64,000 nucleotides of DNA from Lingula anatina (taxonomy: Eukaryota; Animalia; Brachiopoda). Below, piece by piece: positions 12,429-26,200 of this stretch. The notes under the pieces are model-generated. The model was given only the letters and a program-made list of their open reading frames with translations. It searched no databases and had not been told where the DNA came from. Position numbers and translations under genes: made by a program. The first letter of the stretch is position 1; every line of letters starts with the position of its first letter. The stretch lies in the NCBI GenBank assembly GCA_051362555.1, contig CM120643.1:17798848-17862847 (forward strand), read 5' to 3'.

Positions 12429-15400
12429 ACGCATTTTCCAAAGTCGATGCAACAACAGGCATTCCTGAAACGCTCTCAGTACCGCATATTTGACAACTCT
12501 GTCGCAGATTGTACATGTACATTTTCTGTATATATTTCGTTATAACTGATGAAGTATTTACCACTGCACACATTTATCTAACTGTAATATTTCAAGAACT
12601 ATATGAGATATTTTAATATCTCTCACGGTGTATGCACATATCCGAACTTCTCTAAATTATAATTAACATTGAAGAATTAGCCAATATTATTTCCATACAG
12701 AATTGCAATTCAAGCTTTGTATATAACTTTCTCCACTCATAGATTTTACATGTCAAAAATAAACAAATATAAAACAACATTTGACAGTAAAAGTAGCCTA
12801 GCACTAGATGTAGTGACATTGATTGTGAGCATAGCTGAAATACGTTTTATTGGATCTGAAAAAGAATTTATACACTACAATACAACAAATTGCTTTTTTT
12901 AAAAAGAATTTGTTGCTGTCATTTTGAGATATTGAATCAAATGCACAAAAATTGAACTCGTTTCACGCGAAAAGAGTATCCTCGTGTGCACCCCCCCCCC
13001 CCACCCAATGAATAGTTAAAAAAATAAATGAATAGAAACATGGGATTAACTTGTGTAAGATGTTGAAAATTGATTTTTATTTTGTATAAAAATCAAATAC
13101 AGGTTTGACATTTAATATGAAATATTTTAGTTTCAAAGGTACGTTTAGGTAAAATGTGTTATTTCATTGTTAAACGTGTATCTCATGTGAATTATGAGAA
13201 TAGATAAATGTGTAGTCAGGTGTGTCAGTAACAATTAACTGACTGCCATGTCTGAATCAGTTAGACATTGCCATTGACACAGATAACTGTGTCGCAAGGA
13301 ATGACTTTGCACAGTCTTATAGAGGTATGCCAAGATTGTTGTGCCTACACAGAGGCCACGCCCAATTTGGGCATCCAGAACTTACCACCGGGAAACAGGG
13401 TCCATCGTTTTTACGGTTTTTCTGCTTTAAATAAAGAAATACAACAAGTTCTCTTCAGAATTAGGGGCAAATTATCACCAAAATGCAGTTTCCAAGGCCA
13501 ATTGTAATTGTCAGACAGGTGACCTCCTAAAATTGAAAAAACCTGCTGGTGTTTACTATTTAATTTGATTTCTTTTGTCGTTTTGAGAAATTATATTGCA
13601 AATGTTCTGTTGATTGTATGTGTTAAAAGGCAAATCTAGCAGACTTTCCTTAAAATAACATCTATTTTGCCTTTATTGTAAGTGTATTCACTTTGCATTT
13701 ATTAGGGTTATATGTGCCCCAAGGGGATTTTCCACCTCTCCCCCACTCTTGATAAGGAAAACATTCCTTGTTGGCTAATGTGAATGTTATTTAAAATGCA
13801 TTCGAAAACGTAGGAAGGTTAATTTTAGGTAATCCATATCAGATACGTGGGCAAAATTAACCGACATTACATGTTATTGTTAAGCTTTCAATTCCGCGAT
13901 TTGACCGACAGATCTAATTTCTTGAAAGGGAGGCAATGGCACTCATCTACAGGATACGTTTTATAGCCTCGTAAAAAGTGAATTTTTGTAATGAAAATCG
14001 TAGAATTGGCTCAATCAATTCAGTTGTAATTAATATAATAACACATCATAAGAAAACCATCGTTTTTGGCCTATTTATTAGATAAATTGATATACTTTAG
14101 AGGCCAAAAACGCCAGAGATCGTCTTGTTGACCACACACACACTCTGCCAAGCCTCCGATTGCAGCAGAGAAAATAATTTTTGTTCCCCTCCAGGTGGCG
14201 CTATAGAACGGCTTGGTTTGTCAAACCTGGCGAAAACTGCTCAGTTTGCGGCATACAGTAGACCATATAAGGATAGCCAGTGACCTACATAATGCCATTT
14301 TACTTTGGGGTGTGGAAGGGTCTGAAGCTTAATTTAATTAATTTAGTCTAGTATATTTTGAAATATGTGGGAAACAAAAGCTTCCTGTACATTACTATTT
14401 TAGTACATTGTTAATCAAATTTTGTCTGTCAAATTATGGTAATTGATATATAGAAAGGGCGGTCCCCTAGCTCTTTCTGCCTTCTACCCCGATGAGTCAT
14501 TTGAAACCTGAACCCTTGGAAGAGATGTCACTTCTTCTTCAGTTCTGAGTGACCATGCAGGGTGTGGATACGAGGCGGTCAAGATACTAAGTATATGGAT
14601 ATTTCAGTTTTAACCGATTCAACGAAACTTTCTAAGACAATGGTTTTAGGTAATTGTCGAAAACTTATCTTTGAAGCATTTGAAAATGGGTTTGACGGCT
14701 GCATGTTAAGCACGTGGTTTTGCCATCCACCAACATTTTCCCCACTTGATATTTTGTGTCCTTCTTGCATCTTTTATTTCATCACGTACCTCATGGCAGT
14801 ATAAAATGGCAGTTGTGCCTCATGTTAACTACACAGAATTTTAAACTACACCGGTAGAATTAGTTTTGACAGTAAAGTATTACATGCAAAATTGTCAAGA
14901 TGGGGAAATTCTGTGGAATGCCTCTTTAAAAAATCTTGGCTACTGAAATGTTAGTGGGTAGTACAGCAAAATAGTTGCAACTGAAAATTAAAGAACAGGA
15001 TGAAGGTTTAGTGATATACTTCCATTTCTAATTTTGGCATGCTTTCACAAATAATACCATAATATGTAATAGTTCGATCCATTGAAGTATGTGACCTAGT
15101 TAATATTTACACTGCTTTCTGCGTGACTGATTATGAAAGCAGCCATTTTTCAAGGCACATGGGGCGAATTGCTGGCGCCAATTTGCAAGTAATGCTTGAA
15201 CGTAATTTTGATATTTCTCATTTATGGCTAATATCAATATCACGTTGTCTAATCAAAACGCCCTGTCCAAAGTAATTTACCTTGGTTTTTACCTCCAAAT
15301 TTTCAAGCGTTTTGTAATAAAAAAACAAAACGCAGCATATTTAACACTGCGTAGTCTTTAGTAACAGAACTTGTTTTATTTCGCCAAAGAATAAAACCGC

Positions 15401-15571
15401 CCCTTATGCCTTTAAACATGTTTTGCTATAATTATAAGTCTGAGTTTGCCATCGTGACATTTGTAAAACCGTTTGCAGTATTCTTCAGCAAAACAGCAAG
15501 TTTTGACTTGACAATTATTGCAATGCACATATGATGCTCAAAAATACAGAAAACTTGCTTCTCTAGTCCAG

Positions 15572-15707
15572 GCCCCAGTTTCACAAAAAACTTACGTCAG
15601 TTCCCTGGCTTAGTTGACTAGGATTTCCATGGGAGTGCTGTTACACTGTTCTTGATAGTGACCATGTAACCTTGGTAATTAAGTTCTTAGCCAGGGAAAC
15701 TGTCTTG

Positions 15708-15754
<47 letters not shown>

Positions 15755-15766
15755 TGAAACCGGGGC
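15572..15766. mobile_element. PIF/Harbinger-type MITE containing a long poly-T tract
   Basis: cag|gccccagtttcacaaa...tttgtgaaaccggggc|cag: TIRs with a 3-bp CWG TSD; poly-T at about 15711-15753. Confidence 0.7.
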
Positions 15767-17529
15767 CAGGAAAACTCACAATTGAAGCTCAATTTGACCT
15801 GTTCATCAAAAGACGATAAATAGCTACCTTGAAAACTCTGTTCACGTAATTTTGCACATTTGGTGATTTCTGTTACTTTTTTTACGTCTTGAGATGCTTT
15901 GAAGAGAATTAAATCATACTGAAGTAGCCTTAGTTATTGATCTTACAAATAATACACAATCCATTCAATTCATTTTAAAATTGTTTAATGCTTATTTGAC
16001 AAAATTCTATCAAAAGACTAAAAAAATCATATATTTATTTTCTTATCATTTCACTCGTCACTTGAAACTTGGCATTTGCAATATTTTCACTCTCTTCGAA
16101 CTCCTGGAATTAAATTCTTAATTTTGAAGACGGGCAATGCAAGTTACACCTTTAATCAAGCAAAAAAAAAAAAAAAAAAATCTGGAAATTTCAGCAAATT
16201 TCCCTTTAGGTTTACTTTATCTAAAAACCGTTTCGAAAACTACGACCTGAAAACCCTGTTTGGGGTTCCAAATTTCTATAATTCTAGCGCCACGAGTGAA
16301 ATTCACAAGTCTCTATGGAGCTATGGAACGAAGGTGACTCAAAATCTAATTACTTGAAACTCGTATCTGTATAATCTGTTAAAGCTCGAAAACTTGCTGT
16401 CTTGTTGAGTGAAAAATTTCATTGTACGGACCTCATTTTGTTTGAAAAATGGAGTATATGAAGTTCACATTTTTAAGACTCAATTTGCAAAAATTACAAG
16501 TAGTTGCAAACTGATTTGGCTAATCCAAGTCTACCTGTAAAACTGTGCATAACAACAACATGGATCTATTAAACGATTTTTGTTATTTCTCTATATTTGT
16601 TCATCTGTATTGTAATCCTAATATTATTTTCTTAATTATTTTCTTAAGTTAAATTGAATAGTATGTGCAATAGTTTTTGTAATTATTTGTTAATTATGAC
16701 TTGCATTTGTAGCATTGATAAGTCGAACAGATATCACTTTTGCATGAAGATGGAGGGAACAATAATGTTATCCAGAGTTTAACATTTTTAAAACTCTGCT
16801 GCTTTTTAACATTCCATCTCAGCAGAATCTTCAGGATATCGAGCTGCAGATGCAGAAATGATTGTTATGTTTTTGTATGAGAACATAATTTATGTTCAGA
16901 AAGTTTAAAACCATTTGTTAAAAGTTTTTGGTCTATAAAATAGAAATGCAAGGTGGTATAAGTAATGCCATGATTTGCCCCTCCATTTTGCCTAGGTTTG
17001 ATAATTACACATGTTGCAATTGCTAAAATGCTTTTTTAATAATCAATTACTCTAGACAGCTACCAGCAGCTACTTGACCTGTCGTTGTTTTTGTTAAAAA
17101 TGAAATTTAAAAGATTTGATTGTCATCTTTGTTTTAATAAATTGTTTAATATTATAACTAGATCAAACATTAATCAAGTAGTTCATTAGTTTATTTATCA
17201 AATAAACTTGAGCGAATCTAAATGCAGATATCAATATTTTTGTTTAACATATCCGAATATTCAAAACTTATTGTGATTAAAATATTTTCAAAAAAATCTT
17301 AACAAGTGGATGTTTTAAAATATGAGAATACATCAATGGCAGTTTTTGCTCAAAATAAAATACTTTACAAATATATGAAAATTAGCTTAGCGTTTTCATT
17401 GGCTCGGTGGGACTCTAAGGGTGGGGGGTTTGATTCGGGTATTTGGAACATAATAAATTCTTTTCAAGAAGGACTCTTAAAATTCTCTTTAGTTACTATA
17501 AAAGAAAAGTCTACCGGGGGTGGGTGGGT

Positions 17530-17770
17530 GGGAACACTTGGAGGAGTGGATAGCACGCAAGACTCGGACCCAGCAAGACTTGGGTTCGAAACCTGGCGCT
17601 TCTGTGTCCAAGCAAATTACCTTTTGCAAAAAAAAATCCAAAATGAGTAATTTAAACTCCGATAAGAGGGTTCTACGATTGAGAATATTCTATACGAGTT
17701 GGTGGCTTAGTAGCTAAGACGGCAGGGCAGTAAGCAGGAGATTAAGAGTTCGTGGTCAGCTAGGGAAGAT
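17530..17770 (+). repeat. Two adjacent degenerate tRNA-like (SINE-head-like) segments
   Basis: A-box-like tggaggagtgg with B-box ggttcgaaacc (17583-17593); second copy tggcttagtagc...gagttcgtggtc. No intact cloverleaf. Confidence 0.45.
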
Positions 17771-20700
17771 GAAAATACTTTTACAAGTTTTGAACGAAGT
17801 AAAAGCATTTGCACATTTATTACTGTCAAAATGAATTATTTACAGCATCATTTTGTTTTTACAAAAACAATGAAAATATAACATTTTGTGCTCTAAATTA
17901 ATAAAAGTGAAATTTAACAAACAGAAAAAAGACATATCTGTACATAAAACAAGTCGAAGATTTTATGCATTTTGAACATTGTTACTAAAAGACAATACTT
18001 TGATTTATGAAAAATAAAGTTCAGGATCTTAACATTATAGGACTTTGGCAAGAAATGCTAATAGACCAAATGGACTTTTCAACAAATTGCACTGGCAACT
18101 TTTTGTAAAAGTTGACATCAGTGCCGTGTCTACATCAAATTCCATCAATACATTTCCGTCCAAATTCAGAGGTTGAAACAATTTTAAAAAATGCAAATAA
18201 ACTGCTGAAAGCGTCATTCGTGTGTTAATGCACTGTTAAGCGCATGCAAGCACATCTTTTTCTATGTCGTTAAATCGAACAGTTGCCAATTTTTTTCAAA
18301 TTTGTAAGATACATGGTTTTTATAAAAATCGAAAATTTTTTAAAGTTTTCCTTGCCATAAATCCCAAAATGAATAACATACATGAGGTAATTGTGGATGA
18401 AACTTTACATTTGCAAAGCATGGGAATCAGGAGCAACATAAAGGCATAGACGGTTTACAAGATTATCCAAGTCTAGCCAAATTCAGAATAATATACAATA
18501 AAAACTGATAAGGTTACGCAAAAAACCACTTGAAGTGACTTTTCACATTCACTTAAAATATAATCTTTACTCTGGTTCTCGATGTTCAGTGATGAATCTT
18601 TAACACAACCAAGCCTGTCTTTCTCAATCACCCCTTGCCCCGAAAAAATTAAAATGCATTAGAATACACAACAATTTTAATTAGAACGCTACTCTGCACA
18701 TTTTAGGCATATTTCTCACTTTAGAAACTCAAACCAAACGAAGTTTTAAGGTTTGCATACACTTTGGTAGAATATCGAAATTAGAGTTTAGCGGAACAAA
18801 ATACTTTGAAATAACATTTTAGATGATAATTTCGTAAAAGTCTTAAATAAATTACTGAACAAACTGCAAGTATGGACTTTAGTGTAATAGATAAAATAAG
18901 AAATCCTATAATCTACTTTTTAAAAAATCTATAGATTTTGTTAAAGAATTATTAATTATTCACTATCATTTTGAGCAAAATTGGAAAAAATTGACGTTCT
19001 AAAAATTCATTTAATTCTTTCATAATGCTCATTACCTCCCAAAAATTGGACTTTGCGATAGCTCAAATTCTTTTGAAAATATGGAATGCAAAAGGCTGTG
19101 ATTAATGTCAGTCCTACAGAGACATTTTAATGAACAAAAAAATCTAAATGAAGTCCGTTTCCCGTTTGTTGTTTTTCGACACTTCTGTTTTGTAATATAA
19201 GTCCTAAACAGCATATAAATGATCCCAATCTTGGGGATTTTTTGTAGCCAACTATAGGAACAGTTTTCTTATCATACACGCATTCTAATAATGAAATATT
19301 AACTTTTATTTCGGGTGGCAATTTTTACCCTACGCCTTTTAATTTTGTTTCAGAAAAGAGATATTTGATCCCCGCCCAGCATTAAAAACACCGAGAACCA
19401 GAGGAAGTTTATTCACAGCTACAGTGTCATATTCATATCTGTTAAAATATCGTTATAGTACACGTGGACAATTCTGCAGTAACATGGGCACATTTTACCG
19501 GTTAATGGTGGGATTTCTAAGGTGTTAATGTTTTATTAGCAGTGTCTTTTGCAGATTTACCTTTTCTTCCTTTTCGACTGAACACACGACAAATGAATTA
19601 AAAGTTTCCTGTATGCATTTTACGTAATGGGGTTGCAATTTTCTTCCTTCCCAGAAGTCAACATCATTTTAATGAATAAGAGTACATCTTCAAGTTCACA
19701 GCGAGGTGTCAAGTTGCAGATTTGCCCACATGCATATTTTCGGTGACAAATAGAAAACATTCTCCTCTTGAAAATTAATTTATGATAATTTTAAATGAAT
19801 CACTTTATCGTTTTTATACAGACATTATTTCTGTTAAATGAGAACTTAAAATCTAACGTCTCAGGTTCAAAACGGATGGGTATCAACCCCGACCCAAAAA
19901 GTATACATAAACTTACTTCATAACACCACGATCAGATAGAACACTACTACATACTACTACATAGTAGCATACAATTTACCAAAAGAAGCAAACCAACAAT
20001 ATGCAGGTCAGGCGCTTAGTATGGATTTAATTTATATGAGAAGTTTTATAAATAAAAAGTTCATTTTATTTGACTTTTAATCTGATATACGTTTTGGAGC
20101 AGAATGCTACAACCAAAAGCAAACATAGCATTCCATGCTAAATGTCGTCCCTGCAAATTAACGAGCAGACAAAAGTCGGCATAGGAGGCAATCTTGGCAT
20201 GGGTGGGGGGGTGAGGGGGCTGTATATGTCGATCACGAAACGTGTCTCCGAGTAAGACGCGTACGGTTCTGGTATCTTCGTGAACGGTACTTAGAGTCAC
20301 TGGAATTAAAGGAATAAATTCACATTCATGAAATACTGTCTAAAGATCTGATAAAGCAGTGCATGTATATTACGGCAATTTGTGTCAGTATCCTTTGCGT
20401 TATAATCAACAAATCGCAATTAAACTTTAAAATTATACAAACATGTATGTTCATATTGAAGCCTCATGGAAAGCTAATGGTATCAGAAACAAAAGAGTGC
20501 CCAACAGGCACTGAGGGAAAGCTAAGAGAAAGTATCCTTCACGTCAATTAGATGTCCCCATGGCCATTATGCCTAGAGTGCACAATTTCGAGAAAATGTC
20601 GTCAATGAAAAGCTAAGAAATGCTACAATACATTTTCTATCATCTGCACGGAACTTACGAGATACTGCTGCCGGTTTCAGTGCCACCTTTTCGGCCTACA

Positions 20701-20951
20701 TGGGACAGTAGCAGTAATATGTCATGGGGCATCTTCTTCTCCATCTCCTACTGACCTTGGTCCTATCTGAGCACCTCTCACCAAAACGCTCACCTGATTT
20801 ACATAATAATGAAGAGGTCACCTACTTTCCATGCGAACGCTTCGATAGTCTGTTTTACGAGACGGCACAATAAGTCTCCATCTCGAAAAGAGGATTATAG
20901 GGTTTGATAAAGTCATAATTACACACGCACACACACGCATACACACAACTG

Positions 20952-20954
20952 AAA

Positions 20955-20985
<31 letters not shown>
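20952..20985. repeat. (AAAT)n microsatellite
   Basis: Seen directly. Confidence 0.9.
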
Positions 20986-21461
20986 AAATCAAAACGCATT
21001 TTCAGATTCAAGATGAGCCCTACTTGATATTGCATGACATTTAATGCATATAAATCAGCTTTCATGGGTCGATTGAACGAACTGGGGCGGGATTGTGCTA
21101 GAAAGGCAGGGTTTTCACGGTAAGCGTAAGGTTAGTGGTATTTCTTCTTTCTTTCTTTCTTGAAACATAGATGGACACTTTAAAAGGAAAACGTCACAGT
21201 TTTCACATGTTTATTGGATTGCCTTACCATAGGTAATTTTCCGTAAATAAACACTGCAGAATTAAGACTTTAACTGTCTATGTACGAATAAAGCACACAT
21301 ATTTAATGTAAAGAATTGGTCTAGATTGTGTGCTGCGTGGCGTTATGATATTATGACGCCATAAGTCAACGCAAAACGTAACGCAACGTCATCATAACGT
21401 CAGATAGAAGTATATATATATTGATGCACCTTTGAAGATCTACATTACAGTTGTAAAAAAC

Positions 21462-21499
21462 AATCCGAGCTTTCGGCCCCTGGGCCTTCTTCGGGGATT
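21462..21499 (-). ncRNA. Minimal type I hammerhead ribozyme motif (Penelope-like element / retrozyme type)
   Basis: The minus strand reads AAUCC-CCGAAGA-A-GGCC-CAGG-GGCC-GAA-AGCU-C-GGAUU: stem I AAUCC/GGAUU, CUGANGA core with U4C, stem II GGCC/GGCC, GAAA, palindromic AGCU stem III and a UC cleavage site. Confidence 0.7.
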
Positions 21500-21520
21500 A
21501 TGAACAAAAAGTGAAAGTCA

Positions 21521-21580
21521 CGAGTTGGATGCTCCAGTGGGGGATTTCGACTTTGATTCCACCTTTGAGGGGGTTAAACA
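21521..21580 (+). pseudogene. Remnant of the kinase terminal exon (last ~18 codons); left edge of the segmental duplication homology
   Basis: gagttggatgctccagtgggggatttcgactttgattccacctttgag matches 12372-12420 and 52692-52740. The downstream ~500 bp match the kinase 3' flank. Confidence 0.85.
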
Positions 21581-23230
21581 CATTTTTTATAGACGTTGCA
21601 AAAACAGACAACCCTGACACCCCCTACATATAGAATATTTCCTAACTCTCTGTAAATAAATTGTAAATATACATACTTCGTTTTACCCGATAGAGTATTA
21701 ACCGCTACACAGACATATCTATTATTTCAACAACTTCATTGTTTCTTAAATATGCATATCTCTTTTACGGTGTACATATCTGAACTTTTCTAAATTCCAA
21801 TAAACATTAAAGACTTCAGCAACTTTCTATTTCTATATCACTGGTAGACCTCCTTACAGAAAAAGATGCGAACTGGAAACGAGATGGGTATATAATTTGC
21901 AGAATTTTTTTTGTTGTTTCCCACTGATCTAAGTTAATTTTATTGAAAAAACTCATATGTAAATAAAATTATATCTGACAGTATCATTGTATGTGAAAAT
22001 AGTTTAAATGCGGTTAATTGGATTTAAATAAAGGATGGTATACTACAGTACAACAGACTTATTATTTTTCATACTGGTGTTGTCGTCTACTGAAGCAAGA
22101 TACAGAGCAATCGGTTTAAAATAGTAACCGATGTGTCAATAACGCTTCACCCTCAAGCCTGCATCGATCATTAAAAGTAATTCCTCTTTTTGCACTAATA
22201 AGCCCTTTAATCATGAAAAGGTTGTAATAGGGGTGGACCACAATACTGTCCTATGTACATTTTGACACAATGATCACAGACATTTCTCTGGTTATTCACT
22301 ATCTGTGCACGTGTCTGGTATTGTCACGTTTGTGAGCTACATTCTGAAGCCAGCTAATATTGATTGTCATGACTTTTAATTCCTTGGACTGCGTCCACCA
22401 ATAACGAAGGTTGACAGATTTGACTTTTCACTTTGTTTTGGAAGTATTTGGATTTTAGAATTGGTGTTAGATTGTTATGCTTACATAAATCTTTTTGACC
22501 ACGAGATGTTCACAGGGTCTTTAAGTTAAAATTACAAAAGTGCAATTTTCCTGGGATGTTAAGTAATATTTAACTCTCTTTCTTTTCAAAAACTTGTCAT
22601 ATTATTTGACAAAATTAGAATTTTTCATACTATTAAGCAAATCATTTTATTCTGCGAAAAAAAGAGCAACTGCAGTTGCAGCGAGATACACATGTAGGAC
22701 ATTACAAATAAACATTTGGAAAAGAAAAGTGCATTACAGTTATTAAATCGATAGTTAGTAGAAATAAACTGAACAAAATTTACCGTTTTCATTAATATAA
22801 TAATTGATGTATACATAGAACGTCATTTTCGATATAATTTAATTGCATATAAATGACGGAATCACCTGTTTCTTTATAATCCCATTAAATTAATTAAAGT
22901 GTTCATTGTATTAAATTAGGTGAACGTATGTAATAAAAATGATCAATTTATTTAATTTCATTGTTTTTCGATCAGCAGCTCCGATGCAGTTCATTTAAAA
23001 TTTCCATCATGTACAATTTCTTTTTCGATCATCGAATTTGTCTTTGCAATAAGTGACTACTGAAATAAGGTTTCATAAACAAAAGCAAAAAAGAAAAGGC
23101 ATAAGCAGTTCAATCACAACAAGTTCAGCTTAACTAAATTTTCTAATTCGAAGTCCGTAGGCAGGCGAAGTGTTGTTTGGTTCCATGTTTTCAGAAAAGT
23201 GACGTCATCCTTTCACTTTACTTAAAGTAG

Positions 23231-26200
23231 TCATCCAATAACCGGTGCAACACCAGCAACTTTCAAATCTGATGACTTCACCTGAAACGAAATTCCATCT
23301 TGACCATATATGGAATAACCTATTTTTGTTTGCATTTCATCTTATGAACATTTCATTGTGACTTTTATTTTGCGCTGTATTAAAAATTAAATGAATAGAA
23401 AAAAAAAAAAAAAAAAAAAAACATCTGTCATGCATAAGGAGTTATTGGTCAATTTGATAAAATTCAGCAACACACTGACTGTAAACAGCATTAAGGTACA
23501 TGTACATATAGTTTGAATCATGTATACAGTTTGAAACAAATTGCGAATATGGTAGTATTACACAGAAAGGAAAGATGTGAATAACGTTCAACACTAGAGT
23601 CAATTTACCATTTTCTGGGAAACAGTAGAAATTCCGGCATTGCTAGTAACGGTGACTTTTGACCTCAGTCCTGAGTTTGGTAAGGTCGCACCTCCAGGAG
23701 TGAGGAATAAATTGACAAAGGTACACTTGCCCTTAACCATGTTACAAGTACAGTCAAATGGGGTACATGTACCATCAGGCACCTGGCACAAGAAATGATG
23801 AAATAATTCTATCACATTTTTACCTCCCAAAGATACGCAGAACAGTACTTGAATCTAATCTATACCACAATGGTTCAGAAATTTTATGGTGTATATTAAA
23901 GTACATTTAATTATGTGTAAACCCTGTTTCGCTATTAAATACATGTACAGATTGTTTATTTTTCTTATGATTTTGAAAAAGTGTATATTTCTTTATTATT
24001 TTGAAAAATGTAGACAAAAAATATCAAAATATTCTTTATACCTTATTTAACCTATCAACATTTATCATGACGCAAAAATTAACTCAAATACACTGTATGA
24101 GTTCAAGGGAAAAAAAAGGAACGTTGACCATGGCATGGTCACCTGACACATTCAACCGTCCAAACGGTCTTCTTTACATTAATGTCAGCTAGCAAACGCC
24201 AGATGGCACCTAGATTGAAGATAAGAGAGCGCCTCTGCTATATTCTCCAAGGTTTGGACACTACACGCAAACCAAAAGGCTGTGCAATACGCACTTGTTA
24301 CCCATTACTTACAGAAAAGTTCCGACCAAATACGAAGGTTCCGTCTATCAGGTTGAACAGCTTCCACTCAATGCGATCTATTCCGCTCTCTAACTCCTGA
24401 GCGGTAAGGTGAATTCTAAATTCGAAATAGATTTTATCATTGGTTCGTAGCAGTCAAGATTTAGTTGAAAAAGGATTAAACAAACACTGCAAATGCCTCT
24501 AATGACCATCATTTCATATATTGTCGGCTTCAGCTGACCAACAATTTCCAGATAATATCAATCAGATAATTAAATTTCAATGGCATTTGTATCTTTTTGC
24601 ATGTTCACTAAAATGTTGTCCAAATTGAAAAAATAATCTTTAAAAGTTTTAATCGAGAAGATGATACGTAAAGTGCACTATACACGGCAGGCTCACCTTC
24701 CCATCCCGCTAAATACACTCTGAGCGTTTACAGTTGGGGCTACAGAGTAAACCTTGACTGTCACACTATCGATGACGTCACCACCCATGATGTCAATAGC
24801 CTTAACCCAAACTCTGGTGACACGTGCTGACTTAGGAACTGTGATGTTGTACTGTTGGGTTGTAGGCTCAGGCAAAGTGTGCCAGGCAGTTGGACTCGAA
24901 GTATTGGCAGCAGCATCAGATTCAAAGAACATGAAAGCGATCTTGAATTGAACAATTCCATCGACATTCTAGAATGCAGAAAACGTGTAGACCAATTTGA
25001 TAAACATCTGAAAATGTCCATCCAAAAGTATGCATATTACCTCCGCAAATGCATGCAAGTAAAACGACCTCAAACATAATTTGTGTTCCACTAAGAGAAT
25101 TATAGATACGTAAAATATGCTAATCAGAAAAGAATCACCTGTGCTTACCTTGGTCCCTGCAACATTATTCTGAAACTCGCGGTCGTCATAGCCAGGCTCT
25201 ATAGCAGGGATGAAACCGTCGATTCGTCCAAAGAAACCGTTATTCTTGTGAAACTGGTTAACAAACACGCCTTGAAAGTCTACAGTTATCACATCAGTGG
25301 CCGCGTTCAGCCACCCGCCCTTGCTACCGATTATTCTAACACGGGCACCGGCGGCTATCTCTGGTTTGTGTTTGCTGGCGTCATCATAGAGAACAAACCG
25401 ACGAGCTAGGATACTGTTACCAGCTTTATCGTGTACTTTTAATACAACAGAGTGCAGTCCGTAATCGTTCAGCTTCACATCCACAGGTAAACTATCACCA
25501 GGGTAGACAACGCCGGTATAAGCTGGGTTGTGGGCGCTTGTGTCTTCCGTGAGGAGTCCTTTTGACCCGTTGTGCAGCCGGTAAATGGTGTAGGTATAGT
25601 TGGCTATACCCGAGGCAGCATCCACCCAACCTGACCAGGCAAGCTTCAGATCAGACTGGAAGACGAGTGTTAAGCTGTTAGTTTAAAAGTATCTATACTG
25701 GTTTTTGTACGTCTTTTTACATCCGCCCAGGTGGTTTTGGTTTCACGTGCGTTTGGCTATTTGTTCGTTACCAGCTTTACTTTAAAAAGTTACTGATGGA
25801 TTTTGAAGTAATTTTCAGGAAAAAATGGACTAACTTAAAAGTGCTTAGATTTTGGTGGTGATTCGTTATCAATATCACTATCTGGAACAAAGAATTTTAA
25901 GGGATTATTTACCATCGCCAGATAGCGCCAATGACCTTGACCTTGTACAATGGATGTGCTTTACTATTTTCATTTTGGAGCAAATTTCACTTGGCTTAGC
26001 AAAAGTTTTGTTACAAATTAACCAGACCAAAAACAAGATTATATAGTAAGCTTTACTATGATAAATAATTGCCTTTCATTTCCGTTTTGGTCTATGTTAA
26101 AATGCAACAGATGTGCCTGTTGAATACTCTTACCGTTTTCAGTATTCCGCCTCCAACATCCAACATCAGGTTCTTGCAACCATAGCTCACGGCGCAGTGG

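Noticed and set aside
7100-14930. Kinase as cargo of a single large transposon (Helitron or Kolobok)
   Set aside because: I found no matching TIR pair, TSD or Helitron TC...CTRR ends bracketing the gene; tandem duplication explains the copies more simply.
17530-17610. Possible tRNA gene
   Set aside because: A- and B-box-like motifs are present but there is no intact acceptor stem or cloverleaf; treated as a SINE-like relic.
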